Assembly: GCA_963674825.1 (NCBI GenBank)
Contig: OY771587.1
Span: forward strand, 1,728,001 to 1,792,000
From: Candidatus Cloacimonadales bacterium
Lineage (GTDB): Bacteria > Cloacimonadota > Cloacimonadia > Cloacimonadales > JAIOQZ01
Direction: 5' to 3'
Length of the DNA stretch: 64,000 nt
This document shows positions 1 to 9,640 of the stretch, piece by piece (position 1 is the first letter of the stretch; the number at the start of each line of letters is the position of its first letter). The position numbers and the translations under genes were made by a program. The notes beneath the pieces are model-generated. The model saw only the letters and a list, made by a program, of their open reading frames with translations. It was not told the origin of the DNA and searched no databases.

Positions 1-2
1 TC

Positions 3-1448
3 GATCATTACATCGTTCCCGACATCGATGAGTTCCTGGAAAGTCCTGGCAAATCAACGCGCAGAGACCGCGATGAAATGGAAGAAGAGATTCGCAGTAC
101 AAGCCAGATATTGAAGGACAAACTCGCGGAATTCGGAATCGAAGCGCAGGTAATCAACGTCAATATCGGACCGATAATTACTCAGTATGAGCTCAAACCA
201 GCTCCTGGTGTAAAAGTCAGCCGCTTCCTATCTCTTACAGATGACCTGGCACTGGCAATTAAAGCAAAGAGCATCAGAATACAAGCGCCGATACCAGGAC
301 GCGGCTTGATTGGTATCGAGATTCCTAACGTTCAACGTGACACGATCTATCTCAAAGATGTTCTGCTTTCCGATGAAATCAAAAAGGACAAGTTCATCCT
401 ACCGATTGGATTGGGTAAGGATATATCCGGAAATCCGGTCATGGCTGACATGACAAAGATGCCACATCTTCTCATTGCTGGTGCCACAGGTGCCGGTAAA
501 AGCGTGTGCGTAAACACGATAATAAACAGTATTCTACTCCATCTCACTCCGGATCAGGTGAGGCTTGTTCTTGTTGATCCGAAAAGAATCGAACTTTCCG
601 GATACGAAGGTATCCCCCACCTTATACAGAATGTCGTAACTGACCCCGACGATGCGCTCATAGCACTGAACTGGGGTGTTTCGGAAATGGAAAGACGCTA
701 CGAACTGCTTCAGAAGTACAATGTACGTGATATCGCTACTTATAACGCTAAAATACGCAACATGATGGGCGGTGAAGAGGAAATCGAGGATCGAGAACTC
801 CCATACATTGTTATCGTAGTAGACGAATTTGCCGATCTGATCATGACGGCAGGACGCGATATCGAGCAACCCATTGCCAGACTTGCGCAAATGGCACGGG
901 CGATTGGTATGCACCTCATACTTGCTACACAGAGACCTTCGACGAAAGTCATCACGGGTATTATAAAGGCGAACTTCCCCGCTCGGATAGCTTTCAAAGT
1001 GTCATCCAAGGTCGATTCACGTGTAATTATCGATATGAACGGTGCCGAACGCCTACTTGGACGCGGAGATATGCTCTTCCTTCCACCGGGGAAAGCCATC
1101 TGTGAGCGTATTCACGGCGCTTTCATGTCGGATGGTGAAATCGAGAATCTTGTCGACTACCTCAGAAGAATGCCAAAACCCGATTACCAGATCGAGATGA
1201 TCGAAGAGCATATAACGGATATTGGTTCGTTTGAGTATGATGATGACCTTTTCCCAGACGCTGCTCGTGCTGTTGTGTCAGCAGGAACGGCATCGGTATC
1301 GATGCTGCAAAGACATTTCAAGATCGGCTACGCAAGAGCTGGAAGGCTTGTAGACCTGCTTGAGCAGGCTGGTGTAATTGGGCCGCATGTAGGAAGTAAA
1401 TCACGCGAAGTGCTTGCGACGGAGGAAGAGCTTGAAAGCCTTATTTAG
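3..1448 (+). CDS. ftsK: DNA translocase FtsK, C-terminal motor and gamma domain (5' part lies outside the window)
   Basis: Frame is open from position 3. Walker A 'LIAGATGAGKS', Walker B 'IVVDEFADL', 'LATQRPS', 'GAERLLGRGDML', gamma domain 'SVSMLQRHFKIGYARAGRL'. Confidence 0.97.
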   Translation, partial: DHYIVPDIDEFLESPGKSTRRDRDEMEEEIRSTSQILKDKLAEFGIEAQVINVNIGPIITQYELKPAPGVKVSRFLSLTDDLALAIKAKSIRIQAPIPGRGLIGIEIPNVQRDTIYLKDVLLSDEIKKDKFILPIGLGKDISGNPVMADMTKMPHLLIAGATGAGKSVCVNTIINSILLHLTPDQVRLVLVDPKRIELSGYEGIPHLIQNVVTDPDDALIALNWGVSEMERRYELLQKYNVRDIATYNAKIRNMMGGEEEIEDRELPYIVIVVDEFADLIMTAGRDIEQPIARLAQMARAIGMHLILATQRPSTKVITGIIKANFPARIAFKVSSKVDSRVIIDMNGAERLLGRGDMLFLPPGKAICERIHGAFMSDGEIENLVDYLRRMPKPDYQIEMIEEHITDIGSFEYDDDLFPDAARAVVSAGTASVSMLQRHFKIGYARAGRLVDLLEQAGVIGPHVGSKSREVLATEEELESLI

Positions 1449-2061
1449 CACGATTTTTCTATTGATAATAGTATTATCCAGTCTGTCAGCTCAAGATGCC
1501 CATGAATGGATAAAACGAATCAATGATAGGTATGGAAGCGCAGAAACGTTCTCGGCTGATTTTACACAGAAAAACACATGGTCAGAGCTTGACGTGATGA
1601 AGGTTTCACGTGGAACAATGTACTTCATGGACGAACGATTCTGCATGAGATACACAGAACCCGATGGACAGTTTCTTATGGTAGACGCTGATTCCATGCT
1701 TGTGTATGATGCAGCATCCCATCAGATGATTATCACCATTCCCGATACAGAAAACACAGGACTACGGCCCGATAAAATTCTCTCACACTTCGCAGGTGAC
1801 GATGCGTCTCTATCTGTAAAGAATGAGGAAAATGGTGAAATCACAATCCGTATTGTGACGAATAATGATCAGGATATAAAGCACATATCTGCGTTGATCG
1901 ATACAGACAAGCTCCTTATAGAGAGTATCAGTTATACGGATGTTGAAGAAAATACTGTGCAGTATCAGTTCGAAAACATTCAGCTCAACAAGACAATCAA
2001 TCCAGCGGTATTTGAATTCGAGGTGCCGGCCTTTACGGCCATTATCGATCAGAGACCGTAA
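1432..2061 (+). CDS. lolA: Outer-membrane lipoprotein carrier LolA family protein
   Basis: Signal peptide; 'FSADFTQ...G.MYF...F.M.Y..P' LolA pattern; C-terminal 'FEFEVP'; classic ftsK-lolA order. TTG at 1432 chosen because GGAGG lies at 1421-1425. Confidence 0.85.
   Translation: MKALFSTIFLLIIVLSSLSAQDAHEWIKRINDRYGSAETFSADFTQKNTWSELDVMKVSRGTMYFMDERFCMRYTEPDGQFLMVDADSMLVYDAASHQMIITIPDTENTGLRPDKILSHFAGDDASLSVKNEENGEITIRIVTNNDQDIKHISALIDTDKLLIESISYTDVEENTVQYQFENIQLNKTINPAVFEFEVPAFTAIIDQRP
1602..1617. promoter_or_regulatory. parS-like site GGTTTCACGTGGAACA (inside lolA)
   Basis: Reverse complement TGTTCCACGTGAAACC matches the parS consensus TGTTNCACGTGAAACA at 15/16. Confidence 0.75.
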
Positions 2062-2073
2062 CAGGAGTACCAT

Positions 2074-3123
2074 ATGATCGCCCTCATCATGGCTGGAGGA
2101 ATCGGATCGAGATTCTGGCCGCTCAGTAGAAAAACTCTTCCAAAGCAATATTTGAATATCACCAGCGATAAATCGATGATTCGCACGACCGCAGAACGCC
2201 TTCTCCCTCGTATTGATTGGGAAGACATCCATGTGGTTACGTCAGCCGATCAAGTCAGGCTCGTGAAGAATAATCTTCCAGAATTGCCCCTGAACAATAT
2301 TATCGTAGAGCCATTCGGGAGGAATACGGCTCCCTGTATCGCGCTCAGTACATATTGTCTGGAAAAACGATATGCAGGTGATGAAGTGATGATCGTTTTA
2401 CCCGCCGACCACGATATTAGCGATCAAAAGAGTTTCCTCGATAGTCTGGATGTTGCTGAGAGCGCAGCAAAGAAGGAAAATCTCGTGACTTTTGGTATCG
2501 AACCGGATTATCCTGCAACTGGGTATGGTTACATCGAGAAGGGTGAGTTGTACGAAACGGGTATGTTTCACGTGAAACAATTCAAGGAAAAACCTGATCG
2601 TGAAACAGCGGAGAATTTCATAGCCTCGGGGCAATACCTCTGGAATAGCGGTATGTTTGCCTGGCGAATTGATACAATACGAAAGCAGTTCAGAGCGCTT
2701 CTCCCCCGCATCGATGAACTTCTGCACATGATACAGGAGCGCAGAGATAACGGCTGTTTTAACATCGATGAAATCTACGAGCAAATGCCTAAAATCCCGA
2801 TCGATATCGGCATCATGGAGCAAGCGCAAAATCGTATCGTTATTCCGATCAGTATTGGCTGGAGCGATGTCGGAGGCTGGCGCGCTTTATTTGAGATCTC
2901 TGATAAAGACGAAAACGGGAATGTGATTATCGGTGAAAATGTGATGCTTGACACGAATGATTGCTATATACGATCGAAGAAACTGGTAGCGACGATCGAT
3001 CTCTCGGGTCTCGCAATTATCGACACGGATGATGTTATCCTGATCTCAAAGATGGATTCAACAGAGCGAGTGAAGGAACTGAGAGAGAAACTCGATCATG
3101 GCGCGAGCTCGAAATATCTGTGA
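2074..3123 (+). CDS. manC: Mannose-1-phosphate guanylyltransferase
   Basis: 'IMAGGIGSRFWPLSR...PKQY', 'EPFGRNTAP', 'PADH', 'TGYGYI', 'FKEKP', 'WNSGMF', 'WSDVGGW'. RBS AGGAG upstream. Confidence 0.95.
   Translation: MIALIMAGGIGSRFWPLSRKTLPKQYLNITSDKSMIRTTAERLLPRIDWEDIHVVTSADQVRLVKNNLPELPLNNIIVEPFGRNTAPCIALSTYCLEKRYAGDEVMIVLPADHDISDQKSFLDSLDVAESAAKKENLVTFGIEPDYPATGYGYIEKGELYETGMFHVKQFKEKPDRETAENFIASGQYLWNSGMFAWRIDTIRKQFRALLPRIDELLHMIQERRDNGCFNIDEIYEQMPKIPIDIGIMEQAQNRIVIPISIGWSDVGGWRALFEISDKDENGNVIIGENVMLDTNDCYIRSKKLVATIDLSGLAIIDTDDVILISKMDSTERVKELREKLDHGASSKYL
2564..2579. promoter_or_regulatory. Perfect parS palindrome TGTTTCACGTGAAACA (inside manC)
   Basis: 16/16 match to the canonical ParB/Spo0J binding site. 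Confidence 0.85.
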
Positions 3124-3322
3124 AATTCGCGCGATCTCGCCTTGGGTAATATCTTTTCATTGCTGGCATGGAAAAGGCTTGAATACAGCCCTAAATGGAG
3201 CCTGTGGGTTATCACCGAATATGGAATGATCCAAATATTAAAGAGAGTCCATGATTCTGGCATGGATTTAAGATATGGTAATTATAGGAACTCTAATGTA
3301 TATGTGCTAGTGTAATAAAGTG

Positions 3323-3775
3323 TTAATGTGTGTGCTTCGCTCGTTTTTCAATCTTCTTCTCAAGCACTTTCTTGAAATCCACCTTTGTCTGAAGTGAATA
3401 TCCGCATGTCGAGTCCAGCTCTCCCCCAAACCTGAACATCCAGAGATCCGGAAAATTTCTGCAAATTGCAGGTCGCTCATCGTATTTCGTGCATCGTCCG
3501 TCTTCTCCGACAAGTTTGCAATTGAATACCAGGACGCTGTTTTGGTCGGTTCCTACGATCTCGAGATTGCGATAAAATTGGTCACGTTGTTGAAGTTTTC
3601 TGAAGTAACGTCTGGATCTGACGATCCCTCTTGAATCGATCAGCATAAGGCTGCGGCAACAATCGCCGCATTGTTTGCAGTGACCGACTACCTCCAGTTT
3701 ACCAGTTGCGAAGCGATACAGATATTCTCTGTGAAGCCTGAGCAAGATATACCGGAGGTAATCGGACAATTTCAT
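3323..3775 (-). CDS. YkgJ-family CxxCxxCC cysteine-cluster (Zn/Fe-S binding) protein
   Basis: 'CKQCGDCC' and 'CKL...CTKYDERPAICRNFP'. Confidence 0.85.
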   Translation of the reverse strand: MKLSDYLRYILLRLHREYLYRFATGKLEVVGHCKQCGDCCRSLMLIDSRGIVRSRRYFRKLQQRDQFYRNLEIVGTDQNSVLVFNCKLVGEDGRCTKYDERPAICRNFPDLWMFRFGGELDSTCGYSLQTKVDFKKVLEKKIEKRAKHTH

Positions 3776-3779
3776 AGTT

Positions 3780-6296
3780 TTATCGCAGCAGAATGACCTT
3801 CTTGATCACCGTATTCTTACTGCTCTGTACACGTGTAAGATAGATGCCACTTGCTACGGTTTTACCCGATTGATCGTCGCCATTCCATCGGATCATGTAT
3901 CTACCGGATACGTCTTTGGTTGGAGTCCATGAGCGGATCTTCTGTCCCTTGACGTTGTAGATGCTGACGGTCGGCGCTTGTTGTGACGCGATGCTGAAAG
4001 ACATTCCACTTGCAGATGAAAGGTTCAGCGGATTCGGATAGATATCGAGTGAAAGTTGTTGGACTGGTTCCGGATCGTTGCCGATATCCTGGAGATCGAT
4101 AACGACTAAGTTGGAGGGAGAGCTCTCCCCTGTTTCGTGGACTGCGGTGACATAGTATTCGTGAGTTCCGCCTGGAACTTCGTAATCCAACATCGGTTCA
4201 CCGAAAGCGATTATCTCTGCAACGACGCCATCCTCATACAGCTTGTATGACAGCCAGTTCTGGTTGCCTGTTCCTGATGGTGGATCCCATATGAAACGGT
4301 AAACGTTGTCATATTGATGGAAGTAAACCAGATTCTCCGGATTTTGTGGCAGTGGATCATCAGTGTAGTACCATCTATTACCTTCCTGGAGCGGCATGTA
4401 GCCATCTCCTCCATATACCTCGCTGTTATAAAGCTGGTTGTAGAGATCCAGTGTCCAATCGTCATACATTTTCTGCCAGCTCATGCCTGTGCCGAGAAAG
4501 AAGCAGCGTTCTGCTACAAGGATGTTTTCGACACGGTAATCTACAATCAGGAATTCATCGTTTCCATAGGGAGTAACGGTTGCTTCTGTAATCACGATAT
4601 CATCGCCAATCAGCTCTGCCGACGGCCAGGTATCCCCTACTTGCGGATTATCGTTACGCACGAACCATGCAGCTTGCTCAATCCACAATGTATCGACAAT
4701 ATTGTTTTCATATGTTACAAATCCAGCCATTCTAATACCCTCACCCCCCAATACTGTAAGTACGCGGTGATGGTACATGAAGTTTCGTGATACTTCGACA
4801 GGGTATATCTCATCACCTTCATAGGTGAACGGAGCGAGGACTTCGATCTCAAACGAAAGGTTATTAACATATTCTTCGATGTCGATGTGCGGCGTAATAG
4901 TCTCTTCCTCAATCGAAAGTATGGTTGGATCGAGATGTCCACCATAAATGCCATAGCTTGTTTCACCGTTGAGAGTCTCGAAGAGAACAACCAGGAAGTC
5001 TCCTGCGTAAGGTACCTGCAGGAAATATCCACCATCGTCCATCAATTGCCCCTCTGCTACTGTGAAAAGCGTCTCGGGATCAAGTAGTTTCGGAACGACA
5101 GTGCCCGTTGTTTCAGGCACGCTTCCCATGATAAACGCTACAGCGGTATCACCGTAAAGAGGATCGTAGATTACCTCACCGGAGCTTCCTTCGATGATGG
5201 TGCTTTCGATCTCTGAAGCAATATCGGAATCCCACAGGTTATTCTGCGCCATGATGTCCTGCGTTGAGCCGGAATAGACGCTGTATGTAGTTCCTGATTC
5301 ATCGATGTTACCGTAGATGAAATTCCGTCCGTCGTTTTCGGGATCACCGTCCTGTATGTTGCCAAGATCGGCGGATGCGCCAGAGATGATATAGAATCCG
5401 CAGAAATTTCCAGTGATGATATTGCGTGTAAAAGTTGGTGCAGTTGTGGGCCCATACAGCATTACGCCTGCTCCTGAATTGGAGTTACCGGGCACGAAAT
5501 TGTTCCGGATCACGTTGTCGGCAAAGAAGCCTGAGGCATCGTAAAGATATACGCCGGTTAGGTTTTCCTCGATCAGGTTTCCGATAACTGTAGGTGCGAT
5601 TGTACCTGACTGGAATACATCCCATGCGGTGATACCTTGCCAGACGTTGTTGTGGATGTGGTTGTTCTCGATTGTCGGAGCGCATAAACCGCCGGTGCTC
5701 TGGTTGCTAAGCTGAATACCCGCCCTTGCAGTTCCGTCCAGTGCACATTGGGTGATCTCGTTTTGGGCGATATATGGGTTGCTCTCAACGATGAGGATAC
5801 CGTTTTGCTGGCAGTTCTCGATAAAATTATTCGTGATTGTCGCGGTGGGTGGGTTGTTGTTCCCTAAAGCTATTACCTGAATCGCTTTTTCATTGTTGTT
5901 GAAGTGACAGTAGGTGACCGATACCTGTGTTTCGGAGATGTTCAGGCCATATTCGGCATGCTGAATCTCGCAGTAGGTGAACTGGTTGTCGGTCTGGTCG
6001 TTATCCAGACGGATGCCGCCCCAAATGCTCTGAGTGGCTGATGAGAAAGTTATCGGACTGGATTCCGTACCGATGGCGATCATGCTGCCTTCGGCTGTTA
6101 TCTGGTAGTCGCCCATCGCTTGAACGATGACGCCTTCTTCGATTTCGAGTGTGGTTCCGGATTGTACCGTAATATCACCAACGATCTGGTAAGGATTGTT
6201 GGCAGTCGTCCAGGTTCCGCTCTGATTGCCGGATACTTCGATTCCGAACAGAGCAGTGATAAGCAAGGAAAAAACGATCGCAGTCAGCTTCTTCAT
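3780..6296 (-). CDS. Secreted protein: parallel beta-helix, FN3-like module and FlgD-Ig/T9SS-type C-terminal domain
   Basis: Signal peptide; Asn/Ile-rich beta-helix repeats ('TITNNFIEN', 'TIENNHIHNN'); C-terminal 'IYPNP...IYNVKGQKIR...WNGDDQSGKTVASGIY...KKVILLR'. Confidence 0.85.
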   Translation of the reverse strand: MKKLTAIVFSLLITALFGIEVSGNQSGTWTTANNPYQIVGDITVQSGTTLEIEEGVIVQAMGDYQITAEGSMIAIGTESSPITFSSATQSIWGGIRLDNDQTDNQFTYCEIQHAEYGLNISETQVSVTYCHFNNNEKAIQVIALGNNNPPTATITNNFIENCQQNGILIVESNPYIAQNEITQCALDGTARAGIQLSNQSTGGLCAPTIENNHIHNNVWQGITAWDVFQSGTIAPTVIGNLIEENLTGVYLYDASGFFADNVIRNNFVPGNSNSGAGVMLYGPTTAPTFTRNIITGNFCGFYIISGASADLGNIQDGDPENDGRNFIYGNIDESGTTYSVYSGSTQDIMAQNNLWDSDIASEIESTIIEGSSGEVIYDPLYGDTAVAFIMGSVPETTGTVVPKLLDPETLFTVAEGQLMDDGGYFLQVPYAGDFLVVLFETLNGETSYGIYGGHLDPTILSIEEETITPHIDIEEYVNNLSFEIEVLAPFTYEGDEIYPVEVSRNFMYHHRVLTVLGGEGIRMAGFVTYENNIVDTLWIEQAAWFVRNDNPQVGDTWPSAELIGDDIVITEATVTPYGNDEFLIVDYRVENILVAERCFFLGTGMSWQKMYDDWTLDLYNQLYNSEVYGGDGYMPLQEGNRWYYTDDPLPQNPENLVYFHQYDNVYRFIWDPPSGTGNQNWLSYKLYEDGVVAEIIAFGEPMLDYEVPGGTHEYYVTAVHETGESSPSNLVVIDLQDIGNDPEPVQQLSLDIYPNPLNLSSASGMSFSIASQQAPTVSIYNVKGQKIRSWTPTKDVSGRYMIRWNGDDQSGKTVASGIYLTRVQSSKNTVIKKVILLR

Positions 6297-6325
6297 GAAT
6301 CCTCCTTTTTCAGGTACAGTTTGAT

Positions 6326-7036
6326 TTATTTGATCGTGTCTTCGAAAAGGTACTCGATCTTGGAAAGGTTATCCCGGATAAACGATTGCGCGATGAATTC
6401 CGCGAAGATATCCAGAATGATAAGCGCGTTGATATGGGTATCTTTGGCGCGTTGATTCTTTATACGTTTCAATAGGGTCGTATTCACTTCATGGATCTGC
6501 TCGAGGTCGGTTGTAAGTTCTTTCAGATCCCAGTCCGGCTCATGTCCGTTCTTCTTACGAAAGAACTGACGCACCAGATACATGGATATCCAGCGGTACA
6601 TAGTCTCTTCAAGAGATGCAAACGGTAGATGAAATCGAACCATTGGGCGCAGTGTCGAAAGCACCGGGCAGCCACACGTGACGGTGAAGATCCCCATCAT
6701 GGAGCTGACGCCCTTCTGCAGATCGATACGTTGCAGATAGGTTCGTTCCTTGGCTTCCACGCGTACCTCGGCTTTCTCGAATGAGACCAGGTGCTTGAAA
6801 TAATCGATAATATCAACCAGGCTGGCTGCGACTGGGCAATAGGGGTGTTGTTCCTTGTTCAGGGTGCAGTTCGGGCATTTACAGTAGTCGAGTTTTGTCC
6901 AGGCTGGAAGGTCGTCATACGGCTCGCGTATCAGGTCAAGCGTATCAGGTTTGAGCGATATATTGATACTCTGCGTATCGCCGCTTCCGAATATAAACGT
7001 GTACGTAAACTGGATCGGTTGTTTGATTTTCTCCAT
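6326..7036 (-). CDS. Conserved hypothetical Cys-containing protein (DUF6901-like)
   Basis: 'PAWTKL..CKCPNC....CPVA', 'GCP....LRPMVRFHLPFA' pattern recalled as DUF6901. RBS GAGGTG upstream. Confidence 0.6.
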   Translation of the reverse strand: MEKIKQPIQFTYTFIFGSGDTQSINISLKPDTLDLIREPYDDLPAWTKLDYCKCPNCTLNKEQHPYCPVAASLVDIIDYFKHLVSFEKAEVRVEAKERTYLQRIDLQKGVSSMMGIFTVTCGCPVLSTLRPMVRFHLPFASLEETMYRWISMYLVRQFFRKKNGHEPDWDLKELTTDLEQIHEVNTTLLKRIKNQRAKDTHINALIILDIFAEFIAQSFIRDNLSKIEYLFEDTIK

Positions 7037-7184
7037 TCTAACACCTCACGCCATTGTTTACGTAGTAAATATGGGGATGTCAAGAAAGAATTGTGTTCAT
7101 CAGCTTTTCAACGTTATTCGTACGGCTTTTGTTCGATTCTGAACGTAGGAAGGTCAAAAATACCAGGATAACGCTCTTGACAGA

Positions 7185-7200
7185 TGGCATACATATTGCA
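7185..7200 (+). promoter_or_regulatory. Sigma-54 (-24/-12) promoter TGGCATACATATTGCA for the ABC permease
   Basis: Matches TGGCAC-N5-TTGCW with exact GG-N10-GC spacing, 37 bp before the ATG at 7237. Confidence 0.75.
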
Positions 7201-7236
7201 TTCTTATAACCGTTTAAATTTCTCGCTGGAGGTCGG

Positions 7237-9603
7237 ATGTTCCGAAACTTCTTCATCATTGCTATCAGGAATATCTTTCGTAACAAGCTTCATTCTGCGA
7301 TCAGCATCCTGGGGCTCGCGATCAGCTTCGCGGTCACGATTTTGATTACCTTCTGGGTGCAGCACGAGTATTCGTACGACCAATTCCATGAGCATATAGA
7401 CGATATCTACATGGTTTCTTCGTATGTCTATTATGGTCCGCAGAAGAGCTTTAGCCTCGGCTCGCCGCCTGCGCTTGGTCCGGCGATCGAATCCGAATAT
7501 CCGCAGATTCTGCATACCGGCAGAATCAGTACAGGCAGCCATCGTGTGCTGATACAGGCCGGTGATAAGGCGTTCAAAGAAGTGCTTGATATGATCGATC
7601 CGTCGATCTTCGATATCTTCTCTTTTCCGTTCATAGAAGGTGATTTCAAGGCGGGGGAGACCAATACCCATGTAGTGGTGATGTCGGAAACCACAGCGAA
7701 AAAGCTATTCGGTGACGAGAATCCGATAGGCAGAAATATCATGGTGGATGAGCATTACAGCTTTGAAGTGGTCGGCGTTTTCAAGGACATCCCTACGAAT
7801 TCGCATGAAAGCTTCAGGATTGCGGCTCCGCTCAAATTCATCGATGAATACTACGACCTGGAGAATTACACGGATACCTGGTACAATTGCAGCTTCCGAA
7901 CCTACGCGTTACTGAAAAGCGGAACCGATATCGCCCGGCTCGACAGCATGCTCGCCGGACGCTGCCGGAGGTCGTATCCTGAGAGCGATCTCGAACCAAC
8001 GCTTTATCCGTACAAGGACATCCATATGGTATTGTACGGATACACACGCTATGCAATGGTCTTCATCTATATCTGCATCTTCATCATCCTGATAGCTGCG
8101 ATCAATTTCACGAACCTTTCCACCGCTGCAGCGCTGAAACGCTCCCGAGAGATCGGTATCCGCAAGGTACATGGAAGCAGCCGGAAACTTCTCGTGACGC
8201 AGTTCATGGGTGAATCGATTCTGATTGCCTTTATCGCGCTGCTTATCAGCTTGCTGATGGTGGAGCTATCGCTACCGATTTTCAACGGCCTGACGGGCGA
8301 GTCGTTCTCGTTCAGCGGTTTTTTCTCGTTCAAGTTAGGTGCTATAATATTCGGTGTTATGTTGCTTTCCGGCCTTCTTGCTGGAATATATCCATCGTTT
8401 CTATTATCCAGCTTCAATCCCGTTCAGGTGCTGAACAATCCCGATTTCAAAATTGGCGGGAAGTCGATGCTGCGTAAGCTGCTGGTGATTATCCAGTATG
8501 TCATCAGCTCGATCCTGTTTATTTGCCTGATTATCCTCATGCAGCAGACTCGCTTTATGATTCGTAAAAATCTTGGTTTCGACAAAGAAAACCTGATCTG
8601 TGTGTCGGTGGAGGGAAACCTCGTTGAGCATGCCGATGCCTGGAAAGATGAGCTGCTGGCATCGCCGAATATTGTGGATGCAACCCTGACATCGCATCTA
8701 CCGACGGGCGTTTGGGCAAACAGCACCGGTTGGGACTGGGAAGGTCGTCAGGAGGATGACGTATTTCTGGTCACATTCCTGAACACCGATTACGATTACC
8801 TGCGAACGATGCATATAAAGCTGCTATCGGGTGATTTCTTCTCAGACGAGAAATACCCCAGGAATCGAGAGTCCGTCGTGATAAACGAGGAATTTGCTCG
8901 CAGAATCGGTGCCGAGAATCCAATCGGGATGATTCTGACCATGGGGAATATGACGGTTCGGGTTATCGGTATCGTGGAGAATTTCAACTACAAGTCGCTG
9001 GAGCACGAATTGGAGCCTTTGATGATCATGTGCTTCGACGACCAGATGATCTTCAAGTTTGCGCCGTACAAGTACCTGACTTTACGTGTTCTGCCGAATA
9101 AGATACCGGAAACGATCGCATATATCGAGAAGGTAACCACGAAACTCAACCCGAGCTATCCGTTCAGCTACGAATTTCTGGATGACAAGCTCCGGAACCT
9201 GTATAGTTCCAGCCAGCGATTCATGAATCTGGTGGGTGTTTTTGCGATTCTGGCGCTGTTCATTTCAAGCCTGGGATTGTTTGGTCTGGCATCCTATATA
9301 ACCGCGCAAAAACGACGTGAGATCAGTATTCGAAAGGTGCTTGGCGCATCGGTGACGAGGCTGAGCATGAGCATGGTGCTGGACTTCTGCAAATGGGTAT
9401 TGATATCAAATCTTTTTGCCTGGCCGATCTCCTTCTACTTGATGCGGCAATTCCTTTCTTCGTATCCGTATCAGGTACATATAACCTTCATGCCCTTCCT
9501 GCTCACGACAGCAGTGACCTTCCTCATCGCGGTACTCACGGTAAGCTGGCACACGCTCGGAGTGGCGTTCTCAACTCCAACCAAGACACTCAAATACGAG
9601 TAA
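7237..9603 (+). CDS. MacB/FtsX-type ABC transporter permease (duplicated MacB_PCD + FtsX architecture)
   Basis: 'INFTNLSTA....RSREIGIRKVHG', 'GLFGLASY....KRREISIRKVLGAS', ends 'LKYE'; multiple TM segments. Confidence 0.93.
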   Translation: MFRNFFIIAIRNIFRNKLHSAISILGLAISFAVTILITFWVQHEYSYDQFHEHIDDIYMVSSYVYYGPQKSFSLGSPPALGPAIESEYPQILHTGRISTGSHRVLIQAGDKAFKEVLDMIDPSIFDIFSFPFIEGDFKAGETNTHVVVMSETTAKKLFGDENPIGRNIMVDEHYSFEVVGVFKDIPTNSHESFRIAAPLKFIDEYYDLENYTDTWYNCSFRTYALLKSGTDIARLDSMLAGRCRRSYPESDLEPTLYPYKDIHMVLYGYTRYAMVFIYICIFIILIAAINFTNLSTAAALKRSREIGIRKVHGSSRKLLVTQFMGESILIAFIALLISLLMVELSLPIFNGLTGESFSFSGFFSFKLGAIIFGVMLLSGLLAGIYPSFLLSSFNPVQVLNNPDFKIGGKSMLRKLLVIIQYVISSILFICLIILMQQTRFMIRKNLGFDKENLICVSVEGNLVEHADAWKDELLASPNIVDATLTSHLPTGVWANSTGWDWEGRQEDDVFLVTFLNTDYDYLRTMHIKLLSGDFFSDEKYPRNRESVVINEEFARRIGAENPIGMILTMGNMTVRVIGIVENFNYKSLEHELEPLMIMCFDDQMIFKFAPYKYLTLRVLPNKIPETIAYIEKVTTKLNPSYPFSYEFLDDKLRNLYSSSQRFMNLVGVFAILALFISSLGLFGLASYITAQKRREISIRKVLGASVTRLSMSMVLDFCKWVLISNLFAWPISFYLMRQFLSSYPYQVHITFMPFLLTTAVTFLIAVLTVSWHTLGVAFSTPTKTLKYE

Positions 9604-9640
9604 AAGCTAGTCAATCACAACATTCAGAAGTTATGATTCC

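Noticed and set aside
1014..1029. CGATTCACGTGTAATT and other CACGTG-containing words (~3829, 6675, 10942, 44118, 46594, 60333) as extra parS sites
   Set aside because: They lack the TTYCACGTGRAA core; too many mismatches.
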